Shown here: positions 37,367-45,885 of the stretch, in pieces | How positions within the stretch are numbered: the stretch's first letter is position 1 | Layout: every line of letters begins with the position of its first letter | Origin: Bacteroidia bacterium | GTDB taxonomy: Bacteria; Bacteroidota; Bacteroidia; Palsa-965 | Length of the DNA: 64,000 nucleotides | NCBI GenBank assembly: GCA_044344795.1 | Contig: JBIJCF010000008.1 | Coordinates: 18,388-82,387, forward strand | Direction of reading: 5' to 3' | The notes under the pieces: generated by a model | The model's input: only the letters and a program-made list of their open reading frames with translations | Told to the model about the DNA's origin: nothing | Database searches by the model: none | Program-made: the position numbers and the translations under genes

Positions 37367-40234
37367 TCAGTGTGATATCAAAACCTTGCGATTATGAATT
37401 ACAGCACCGTTTACCATTTTCAAAATATAAATGCCATTAGGCAAAGTCGCTACATCAATTGTTGTAGTGTATGCACCAGGTGTACGTGTTCCTGAAGCAA
37501 CATTCAACACTTCACGACCCGCAGCATCAAACAAGCGAATGTCCACGTTACCCTGCTCTGCTACTGCATAATTGATTGTTGCAGTGTTATTCGCCGGATT
37601 AGGGAATAACTGTAAAAACGCATCATTTAACGAAGCAATCGGAGTAACATTCAATGGACTGTTGTTATCATACATCACCTGAGCATCCAATGCACTTGTC
37701 TGTAAGTCCGTGAGGTTATCTCCTGCAATTAATGCAAAAGCAACCGTAACAGAATCTCCTGCTGCAATAGTGAAAGGTCCTGAACTTACTACATCGCAAA
37801 CGTCTGCGCCATTACCGGCAACACCGGCTTGGTTTCTGTTAGTTGACAATGAAGTATACTTTTCAGATGTTGTGTAATCACCGTAAATATCAATTCCACC
37901 TGCTCCGCCAGTAACGTTATCTATTGCGTAATGCACAACGGGCGCATTATTGGTCAATAATTTAATACCGCAATACTTTCCGCCTGAACCGGAATAATAC
38001 ACGTAACCCATATTATTTGTCGCATCGAAATCCGCCTTGTTCTGACCATAAGTGGTAGCATCAATATCCCAATCAGCGAAAATCCCTGCAAACAAACTAT
38101 TCATGGTAGTAGTGCCTGTATTCACAATAGTGTACTGCACGATCACATATTTACTATGAGGCGCCTGTGACCATGCCCAAGCTTTGTGTCCAACGGTAAC
38201 AGGTAATGGTGATGGAGAAACATTATCGCGGAAACGACCTTCAACATCAAAATCAGACACTACAGCAGGAACCACCTCACGAACGTTCATCACGGATGAA
38301 AAATCATTATCGCCCCCTGTTGTTCCGCGCGCACGGTCACTTACTTTAGTTGCAGAAGTTCCCACCATGAAAGATGCTTCATATAACAAAGATCCATTCT
38401 GCTGATAATCAAATCCTAAACCTTGCATTTGCTGATCCATATTATATCCGATTAGCCCCTTACTGGTTATTGTAGTCCATACGTCGTTAACTGTAATGTT
38501 GATATAATCCACGTTTACAATAACGCTGAAGAATTTATTCACAGAATAAGAACCATCAGTAATGTTTAATTGGAAAGTGATCTGTTGATTTACAGGAGCC
38601 GATGGATTTACACGCACAGTAAATGGATCTCCGCCGTTACTTGCTGTAGCCAATGTATTGATTGCACCAACTGAAGTTGTTCCGTCCAATACGGTTACAA
38701 ATCCGCCGGCTGTTACTACTGTAAGTGTTGCATTAACGTTGGTAGCGTTTGCCAGGTAGTTAATGAAGTCACCGGTGATACGAATAGTATCATTAGCCAC
38801 AAACGCATTATCGTTGTTATCTACAAATACACGATTGATATAGTCTAGCGAAGGTGCTGAAGGATCTGTTAATGCGCGATACAAGTTGATACGACCTGTT
38901 CCCAATTTGTTAGCATACTGTGCGTTAGATGAAGGTGCATTGTAGATGTTATCTGCTGTTTGCTTCAAACGCTCACCGGCCTGCAATGCGTTATAATTTG
39001 GGAAGTATGCACGAACAACGCCCGCAGCACCAGCGCACACCGGTGATGCCATAGAAGTACCGCTACTTGGTGCGTAGCTGTTGCCTGACCAACAAGAGTA
39101 AATGTTAGATCCCGGGGCACAAACGTCAACAGTGTAATTGTAATTCGAGAAGTTTGATTTAGCATCATTCGATCCTGTTGAGCCGACGCTCAACACCTTG
39201 TCAAATGCAGCCGGATAAAAAGCTTCATCCAAATTATTATTTCCTGCAGCAGCTACAACCAAAGCATCCATATTAATAGTTGCATAATCAATCACCTGCT
39301 GACCAAAAGAACCGCCCCCAGTTCCACCCCAAGAACAGTTAATTACTTTACAGCCGTGATCTGCAGCATAGGTTATACCCTGATAAGATGCTACCAGCTG
39401 ACCTGACGAGTTGGATATCTTAACAGGTAAAAACGTACAACTAAAACCGGAACCTGCACTTCCGGACCCGTTGTTGATCTGAGCTGCAGCACATCCTCCA
39501 ACGTGCACACCATGTGCATTAGAAGCCCATGTCGGATTGTTGTCATTATCCGCAACGTCCCAACCACGGTAATTATCAATATAGCCATCGTTATCATCGT
39601 CATTACCATTGATTGGATCAGCCGCGTTATACGCGATTTTGTTCGTCAGATCCGTATGGTTCAATTCTGTACCGGTATCAGTAATACCTATAGTAACATT
39701 AGCGTTTCCTTGACCAATATCCCAACCTGTGGTTCCGTTACCCGCTGCAGCAATTTTGTATAAGTAATAGGAAGTAGAATTGGTTGCTCCAGGATCTGTA
39801 GGGATATAAGTCAGTTTCGGAATGTAATACGGTTCAACATATTCGAAGTAACCCAAAGCATTCATTTTGCCAATTGCCTTTTCCAATGACAAAGCACCGT
39901 TGTATTTGACAGTGTAAATCAATGATAAGTCAACCATTTCCATGCCGAACGCGTTGTACTTCTTTTCAGGCGCTTTATGCATTGGAAATACTCTCTTTAC
40001 CTCAACTGCTCCAATCATTAACAAAAAGTCATTGACTGCAGGAATGTCAATACGTTCAGGTGAACACTGAGCACGAAACTCAGGCTTCACATTAAGCACC
40101 ATGGTATTAGGCAAATACTCGTCAGCCGCTAACTGACTAATCGGCGTATGCGGACGCACGTAAGATGGAACTCCGCCGGCAAAAGCCGTTGCTGCAAATG
40201 AAGTTGCTGCTAGAAGTGTAAATAATTTTTTCAT
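37367..40234 (-). CDS. T9SS-secreted S8 serine peptidase with prodomain and type A CTD
   Basis: GITDTG (D), HGVHVGG (H), SGTSMASP (S) and AAAGN; C-terminal LFPNPANN...GIYILKM...RKVLISH. Confidence 0.92.
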   Translation of the reverse strand: MKKLFTLLAATSFAATAFAGGVPSYVRPHTPISQLAADEYLPNTMVLNVKPEFRAQCSPERIDIPAVNDFLLMIGAVEVKRVFPMHKAPEKKYNAFGMEMVDLSLIYTVKYNGALSLEKAIGKMNALGYFEYVEPYYIPKLTYIPTDPGATNSTSYYLYKIAAAGNGTTGWDIGQGNANVTIGITDTGTELNHTDLTNKIAYNAADPINGNDDDNDGYIDNYRGWDVADNDNNPTWASNAHGVHVGGCAAAQINNGSGSAGSGFSCTFLPVKISNSSGQLVASYQGITYAADHGCKVINCSWGGTGGGSFGQQVIDYATINMDALVVAAAGNNNLDEAFYPAAFDKVLSVGSTGSNDAKSNFSNYNYTVDVCAPGSNIYSCWSGNSYAPSSGTSMASPVCAGAAGVVRAYFPNYNALQAGERLKQTADNIYNAPSSNAQYANKLGTGRINLYRALTDPSAPSLDYINRVFVDNNDNAFVANDTIRITGDFINYLANATNVNATLTVVTAGGFVTVLDGTTSVGAINTLATASNGGDPFTVRVNPSAPVNQQITFQLNITDGSYSVNKFFSVIVNVDYINITVNDVWTTITSKGLIGYNMDQQMQGLGFDYQQNGSLLYEASFMVGTSATKVSDRARGTTGGDNDFSSVMNVREVVPAVVSDFDVEGRFRDNVSPSPLPVTVGHKAWAWSQAPHSKYVIVQYTIVNTGTTTMNSLFAGIFADWDIDATTYGQNKADFDATNNMGYVYYSGSGGKYCGIKLLTNNAPVVHYAIDNVTGGAGGIDIYGDYTTSEKYTSLSTNRNQAGVAGNGADVCDVVSSGPFTIAAGDSVTVAFALIAGDNLTDLQTSALDAQVMYDNNSPLNVTPIASLNDAFLQLFPNPANNTATINYAVAEQGNVDIRLFDAAGREVLNVASGTRTPGAYTTTIDVATLPNGIYILKMVNGAVIHNRKVLISH

Positions 40235-40404
40235 CGACTGTTTACTTGTTGTTTGGTGTAGAGTGTGAATATAGAGTGAACCTTACCGAATTCCAAATTA
40301 TTTAACCTCAATAATCTCCTTATTATCAGGTGATTCCAAAATAAAGACTTAGAGGATCATCATTTTGCCTATTTTCGCCCTGCTTTAACATAATCTCGTA
40401 ACAA

Positions 40405-42582
40405 ATGAAAAGAATTTATACTCTACTTTCCGCTATTTTAATCGGAGCATCATTCATGAATGCTCAGGTTATTTTCAGCGAAGATTTTGATGGAATTGGC
40501 GGACCCACAGCCGGTGGTGCCGGAACTTATGTCTTCCCGGCGGGTTGGCTACTTCGCAATGTGGACAATGTGGCACCAAGCGCTAACGTTTCTTATATCA
40601 ATGACGCGTGGGAACGTCGCGAAGATTTCAACTTCAACGTTGCAGATTCTGCAGCCTTTAGTACCTCTTGGACAAATCCTGCAGGCATTGCCAATGATTG
40701 GATGTGGACACCTTTGATCGGTCCTATCCCGGCGAATTGCGTACTAAAATGGAATGCCGTTACCTACGATGCAGCCTTCCCTGATGGCTATGAAGTACGT
40801 ATCATGACTGCTACACAGGGACCTCCAACCGGGTCAAACGGAGTTATTGGAAACCAAATTACCAACTCTTCTTCGGCATTCACAATAGCCGCAGAAAATA
40901 CAACATGGACAGCGAGACAAGTTTCTCTAAGTGCTTATGCAGGTCAGTCGGTTTACATTGGTTTCCGTAACAACTCCAATGATAAATTCCTCCTACTAAT
41001 TGATGATATTATTGTCGAAACGCAAGTCAATGTTGATGCTGAAATGGTTTTTGCTGACACCACAACTGAATATACCATCACTCCTGTTACACAAACTGCG
41101 CCGCTTACGTTCAACGGAACTATTCGTAACAACGGAGTGCAATCACTCAGTAACGTTAGTGCGACTGTTAACGTATACAATGGAGCAACTCTGGTACACA
41201 CAGCCAGCAGCTCGCCTGTCGCTAGTCTTGCACCTGCCGCTACAACCAACTGGACGATCAACGGTTTCACACCAACAACCATAGGAACATATACTGTTGA
41301 ATTCATAGCGAACCAAACTTCGGGAACTGATCAGGTTGCAGGAAATAATATGCTAACACAAACTTTCCTTGTTACCGATACAATCTACGCGCGAGACAAT
41401 GGCAACGCAACAGGAGCTTTGGGTATTGGTGATGGTAGCGGAGGTTATTTGGGGCAAGATTTCATTATTACTTCCGCGGACATTGTTACCTCTGTAGATG
41501 TATTCTTTACACGTGGTTACACCGGACGTCAGTTGGCAGTAGTAATTTGGGACATGCCTTCAGGAACACCGGCAAACATTATCGGCGGAACCGATACTCT
41601 CTTATATCCTGATGATTCTGCACGTGTTTACAATCTGCGATTAACCGGCGGTGGTTTGCAATTAAACCCGGGTCGCTACGCATTCACTGCCATTGAATTT
41701 GACAGTACGCTGGCTCTTGCCACTGCACCCACTTTGTTTACACAAAACAGAACATGGGTTGATTGGCCTACAAACCCGATAAACGGTTGGGCTAACAACG
41801 AAGACTTTGGCTTCAATGTAAGCTACATCTTGCGTCCAAACTTCGGAGATCCATGCTTGGACAATACCGTGAGCATCACTTCTAATAGTGACGCTACCTG
41901 CGGCAACTGTACCGACGGAAGTGCTACTGCTACTGCTACCGGAACAGACGGCAACGTTACTTATGCTTGGAGCAATGGCGGAACAACTGCTACTGTCAAC
42001 AATTTGGCTCCGGGAGTGAATATTGTTACCGTTACTGATGGATTCGGCTGTCAGGCTGTTGATACCATCATCGTTCAAAACAATTGCAGTTCGTACAACG
42101 TAAACTATACTATTGTTGATGCGTCTTGTGGATCTTGCCCTGATGGCAATATAACCAGCACTCCTGTAAATGCTGTCGCTCCGTTATCTTATGTATGGAG
42201 CAATGGCGACACCATCGCTAATCCTATTAATTTGGTTCCCGGTCAGTATATTGTTACCGTTACTGATGCATCTGGTTGTTCCGTTACTGATACTGTATTT
42301 GTATCCTTTACAACTTCCTTAAATGCGTTGGCGCAAACTAACTTGACAGAAGCCTTCCCTAATCCGAACTTCGGGAACTTCACTTTAAATTACGCATTTG
42401 AACAAACAACAGACTTGATGATTGAAGTGGTTGCCGCTAATGGACAGGTGGTTTATCATGAAATGATCAACAACACAACCAATGGCCAATTACAAATTAA
42501 TGCGCAATTGGCTGCGGGTAACTACAACCTGCGCGTTCGCGCCGGCTTGGGCTCAAGAACACTTCAATTCCTGGTGAAGTAA
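40405..42582 (+). CDS. T9SS cargo: cleaved-adhesin/choice-of-anchor-J-like domain, SprB-like repeats, type A CTD
   Basis: FSEDFDG, ANDWMWTP and VSLSAYAGQSVYIGFRNNSNDKF; two TY.WSNG...NL.PG...VTVTD..GC repeats; AFPNPNFG CTD. Confidence 0.85.
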   Translation: MKRIYTLLSAILIGASFMNAQVIFSEDFDGIGGPTAGGAGTYVFPAGWLLRNVDNVAPSANVSYINDAWERREDFNFNVADSAAFSTSWTNPAGIANDWMWTPLIGPIPANCVLKWNAVTYDAAFPDGYEVRIMTATQGPPTGSNGVIGNQITNSSSAFTIAAENTTWTARQVSLSAYAGQSVYIGFRNNSNDKFLLLIDDIIVETQVNVDAEMVFADTTTEYTITPVTQTAPLTFNGTIRNNGVQSLSNVSATVNVYNGATLVHTASSSPVASLAPAATTNWTINGFTPTTIGTYTVEFIANQTSGTDQVAGNNMLTQTFLVTDTIYARDNGNATGALGIGDGSGGYLGQDFIITSADIVTSVDVFFTRGYTGRQLAVVIWDMPSGTPANIIGGTDTLLYPDDSARVYNLRLTGGGLQLNPGRYAFTAIEFDSTLALATAPTLFTQNRTWVDWPTNPINGWANNEDFGFNVSYILRPNFGDPCLDNTVSITSNSDATCGNCTDGSATATATGTDGNVTYAWSNGGTTATVNNLAPGVNIVTVTDGFGCQAVDTIIVQNNCSSYNVNYTIVDASCGSCPDGNITSTPVNAVAPLSYVWSNGDTIANPINLVPGQYIVTVTDASGCSVTDTVFVSFTTSLNALAQTNLTEAFPNPNFGNFTLNYAFEQTTDLMIEVVAANGQVVYHEMINNTTNGQLQINAQLAAGNYNLRVRAGLGSRTLQFLVK

Positions 42583-42597
42583 TCCAACATTAATTCA

Positions 42598-42630
42598 ACA
42601 AAAAAGCGACTTTATAAGTCGCTTTTTTGT
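42598..42630. terminator. Bidirectional intrinsic terminator overlapping the 3' end of the HsdR_N gene
   Basis: acaaaaaagcgactt-tat-aagtcgcttttttgt. Confidence 0.85.
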
Positions 42631-43064
42631 TTTTCAGGAAGTTCATTTAGTATTTCATACGCGTGCATATCTTTTTCGTGTTTACCTATTAATAACGACT
42701 GTCCATTGCTTAATAGAAAGTAAGGCGCCTGAACTTTCCAATTGTATCGCGCAACTTGGTCGAATACTTCCTGATTCAGTGCGACATCAGGTGCTTTGCA
42801 CTCAATCAGTACAAATGGGCGGAACTTTTCATCGTAAACAACGGCATCAAAACGAAATGTAACTTCACCAATCGTAATTTGCTTCTCCACTGCAATTAAT
42901 GTTGGTTCATATCCTCGTTGGACCAGGTAAATAAGCAACGCCTGTCGCACCATTTCTTCGGGAGTTAATGCCACCCACAGTTTTCGTACGGGATCAAACA
43001 CTTCATTTCTGTTTTGAAACTTTCGTGTTTGTAGTTGTTGCGCGTAGGTTATTAAATCGCTCAC
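42612..43064 (-). CDS. Stand-alone type I restriction enzyme HsdR N-terminal domain protein
   Basis: FDPVRK.WV.LTPEE.VRQ, FRFD, LIECKAP and FDQVARYN. Confidence 0.88.
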   Translation of the reverse strand: MSDLITYAQQLQTRKFQNRNEVFDPVRKLWVALTPEEMVRQALLIYLVQRGYEPTLIAVEKQITIGEVTFRFDAVVYDEKFRPFVLIECKAPDVALNQEVFDQVARYNWKVQAPYFLLSNGQSLLIGKHEKDMHAYEILNELPEKQKSDL

Positions 43065-43123
43065 TTGCTAAAGATAAACAAGTTGCAACGGAACAATGAT
43101 TAGTTTTGTAAAGAAATAAACCT

Positions 43124-43894
43124 ATGAAAACTAAAGAAGAAATTGTCAGCAACTGGTTACCTCGATATACAGGTACTCCACTAGATCAATGGGGAGAATA
43201 TATTCTTCTCACCAACTTCAGCAATTACGTGCATATGTTTGCAGAATGGCATAATGTTGAAGTTCGTGGAAAAGATCGACCCATGTTGAATGCGCATGCC
43301 AATGGAATTTCCATCATCAACTTTGGAATGGGAAGTGCTACAGCAGCAACGGTAATGGATTTGCTGACAGCTATCAATCCAAAGGGAACGTTATTCTTAG
43401 GCAAATGTGGAGGACTTAAGAAGAAGAATGCAATAGGAGATCTTATTTTACCGATAGCCGCCATTCGTGGAGAAGGAACGAGTAACGATTATTTCCCGGC
43501 TGAAATACCAGCTTTACCGGCCTTCAGTTTGCAAAAAGCTATTTCTACAACCATTAGAAATCACTCGAAAGATTATTGGACCGGAACGGTTTATACCACC
43601 AACCGTCGTGTATGGGAACACGATGAAAAATTCAAGGAATACCTCCGTGTTACCCGCGCAATGGCTATCGACATGGAAACCGCAACGATATTTTCAGTGG
43701 GCTTTTATAACGAAATACCTACCGGAGCTCTATTACTTGTTTCCGATCAACCCATGATTCCGGAAGGTGTTAAGACAGAAGAGAGTGACAAATCTGTAAC
43801 CAGCGATTACGTTTCCTCTCATTTACAAATCGGCATCGACTCATTGCGGGAATTAATCAACAATGGACTAACAGTTAAACATCTGCGCTTCTGA
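43124..43894 (+). CDS. amn: AMP nucleosidase
   Basis: NWLPRYTG, FLGKCGG, AAIRGEGTS, YTTNRRVWE and AIDMETAT. Confidence 0.92.
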   Translation: MKTKEEIVSNWLPRYTGTPLDQWGEYILLTNFSNYVHMFAEWHNVEVRGKDRPMLNAHANGISIINFGMGSATAATVMDLLTAINPKGTLFLGKCGGLKKKNAIGDLILPIAAIRGEGTSNDYFPAEIPALPAFSLQKAISTTIRNHSKDYWTGTVYTTNRRVWEHDEKFKEYLRVTRAMAIDMETATIFSVGFYNEIPTGALLLVSDQPMIPEGVKTEESDKSVTSDYVSSHLQIGIDSLRELINNGLTVKHLRF

Positions 43895-43913
43895 TCGCGT
43901 AAATTTGCGCATC

Positions 43914-44912
43914 GTGGAAGCCAAACACATTCTCGCCGATCTCAAGCAAAAGAAATACGCGCCCGTTTATTTTTTAATGGGTGAAGAACCGTATTACATC
44001 GATCTGATCTCCGAATTCATTGAAAAAAATATTCTGGACGAATCAGAACGGGAATTTAACCTCAGCATTTTATACGGGCGGGATGTAGATACTGCTACCA
44101 TTGTTGCGGAAGCAAAACGATATCCGATGATGTCGGACAAACAAATCGTCATTGTTAAAGAAGCCCAGAATGTAAAGAATATCGAACTTCTCGAAAATTA
44201 CATTACAAATTCGCTGGACTCAACTATTCTGGTTATTTGTTACAAATACAAGAAAGTTGACAAACGGACCAACTTCGCGAAGGTTTTAGGAAAACAGGGT
44301 GTTCTTTTCGAATCCGAACGAATCAAAGACTACAAAGTAGCCGATTGGATTGCAGCATACATTGCCGAGCAAAAAATTAAAGCGGATAGCCGAACCATTC
44401 AGATGCTCGCTGATTACCTCGGAAATGATCTATCTAAAATCATTAATGAGTTAAACAAACTCATGATTTCCCTCCCCGAAGGAGGATCAATTACTCCGGA
44501 ATTAATCGAAGTAAACATTGGAATCAGTAAGGATTTTAACGTATTTGAATTGAGCGAATCACTCGCAAAAAGAGATATCGTAAAATCAAATCGTATTGCC
44601 AATTACTTTGCAGCGAATCCGAAAGATCATCCGTTTCCTGTTACTGTTGCAACATTGTTCAACTACTTCACAAAATTGCTACAGTATAACAATCTTCCCG
44701 ATAAATCGAGAGCTGCAGCTGCTTCCGAAATGAAAGTCAATCCGTTTTTTGTTGATGGGTATGCAAAAGCTGCCGTTAATTATCCCGATATCAAAATCAA
44801 AAGAGTGATTCAACACTTACGGGAATACGACTTGCGTTCCAAAGGTGTAGATAACGAAAGCACCGATCACGGTCAGTTGCTGAAAGAATTGGTTTGGCTG
44901 ATTCTACATTAA
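43914..44912 (+). CDS. holA: DNA polymerase III delta subunit
   Basis: PVYFLMGEEPYYID, YGRD, AKRYPMM..IVIVKEAQ and IGISKDFNVFEL; start GTG 43914 preferred because TTG 43905 lies inside a TAAATTTG -7 box. Confidence 0.93.
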   Translation: MEAKHILADLKQKKYAPVYFLMGEEPYYIDLISEFIEKNILDESEREFNLSILYGRDVDTATIVAEAKRYPMMSDKQIVIVKEAQNVKNIELLENYITNSLDSTILVICYKYKKVDKRTNFAKVLGKQGVLFESERIKDYKVADWIAAYIAEQKIKADSRTIQMLADYLGNDLSKIINELNKLMISLPEGGSITPELIEVNIGISKDFNVFELSESLAKRDIVKSNRIANYFAANPKDHPFPVTVATLFNYFTKLLQYNNLPDKSRAAAASEMKVNPFFVDGYAKAAVNYPDIKIKRVIQHLREYDLRSKGVDNESTDHGQLLKELVWLILH

Positions 44913-44913
44913 A

Positions 44914-45301
44914 TCATTTCTCACTGCGAAGTGCAGGATCTACTGACACAAATCGAAACGGAATATTCATGATTTCGGAGAACATCTCTCCGTGCTCGCG
45001 CATTTCTTCGTCATCGGCATAATACTGCCACTCTACCTCAACCAATGTTTGTTTTTGATTGATTACTCTGCTGATATGATCCAGTAAAGCTTTTGATGAC
45101 AAGGTATTCATGAACTCCATGCGAAACAAAAATTTCACACGACTTGTTTCGTTCGGATTAAGCGTATTCAGATGTTGCTCTAACGGCTCGAAAAACTGAA
45201 AAGCATTTTCCGGAAAACACGCACCTGCTATTCCAATCAGTATCTATTGAAACCTTGGGGGTGTGACGTGTAGGAGGAATATGTAACACTAATTTTTCCA
45301 T
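44914..45301 (-). pseudogene. siaC: Frameshifted SiaC (DUF1987) family protein
   Basis: ATG 45301 gives MEKLVLHIPPTRHTPKVSIDT; a frameshift near 45240 leads to LIGIAGACFPENAFQFFEPL...MEFMNTLSSKAL...VEWQYYADDEEMREHGE; TACCTTTG -7 box at 45310-45317. Confidence 0.8.
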
Positions 45302-45371
45302 CTGCGGGGCAAAGGTACGCTTTTACTAACTGTGATTTCTATATTCGCAGTACAAACTGATATTTTAGAAT

Positions 45372-45785
45372 ATGAACTACTGGCTCGTTAAATCAGAACC
45401 CTTTAAATATTCCTGGGAACAATTTGTTACAGACGGTAGCACATTCTGGGACGGGGTAAGAAATTATGCAGCCAGAAATCACTTAAGAGCCATGAAGAAA
45501 GGCGACCTCGTGTTGTTTTATCACAGTAATGAAGGAATGGAAGTGGTCGGAATTGCTAAAGTAATTAAGGAAGCTTATCAGGACCCGACTACTGAAGAAA
45601 TAGCATGGAGTGTGGTCGATTTAAAGCCGTTTAAAAAACTAAAAAATACCGTTGGACTTCCCGCAATTAAAAAAGAGAAATCATTAGCAAACATAGCATT
45701 GGTAAGAATCCCAAGGCTTTCGGTTATGCCATTAACTCCTGCGGAATTTGATAAGATTATCGAAATGAGTGAGTCGAAAAAGTGA
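45372..45785 (+). CDS. EVE domain protein (PUA-like)
   Basis: YWLVKSEP, WDGVRNYAARN, FYHS, AYQDPT and RLSVMP. Confidence 0.93.
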   Translation: MNYWLVKSEPFKYSWEQFVTDGSTFWDGVRNYAARNHLRAMKKGDLVLFYHSNEGMEVVGIAKVIKEAYQDPTTEEIAWSVVDLKPFKKLKNTVGLPAIKKEKSLANIALVRIPRLSVMPLTPAEFDKIIEMSESKK

Positions 45786-45885
45786 ATAACCTCCCCACTC
45801 AACTATTAAATTCAACCGCTTATCAATCGGAAAGCAGAATTTACGTTGTAAAGCGTACATTTAGCGCTTCGTGAATTCCAATTAC

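Noticed and set aside
42612-43064. Type I restriction-modification system
   Set aside because: Only a 150-aa HsdR N-terminal domain is present, with no helicase motor, hsdM or hsdS nearby.
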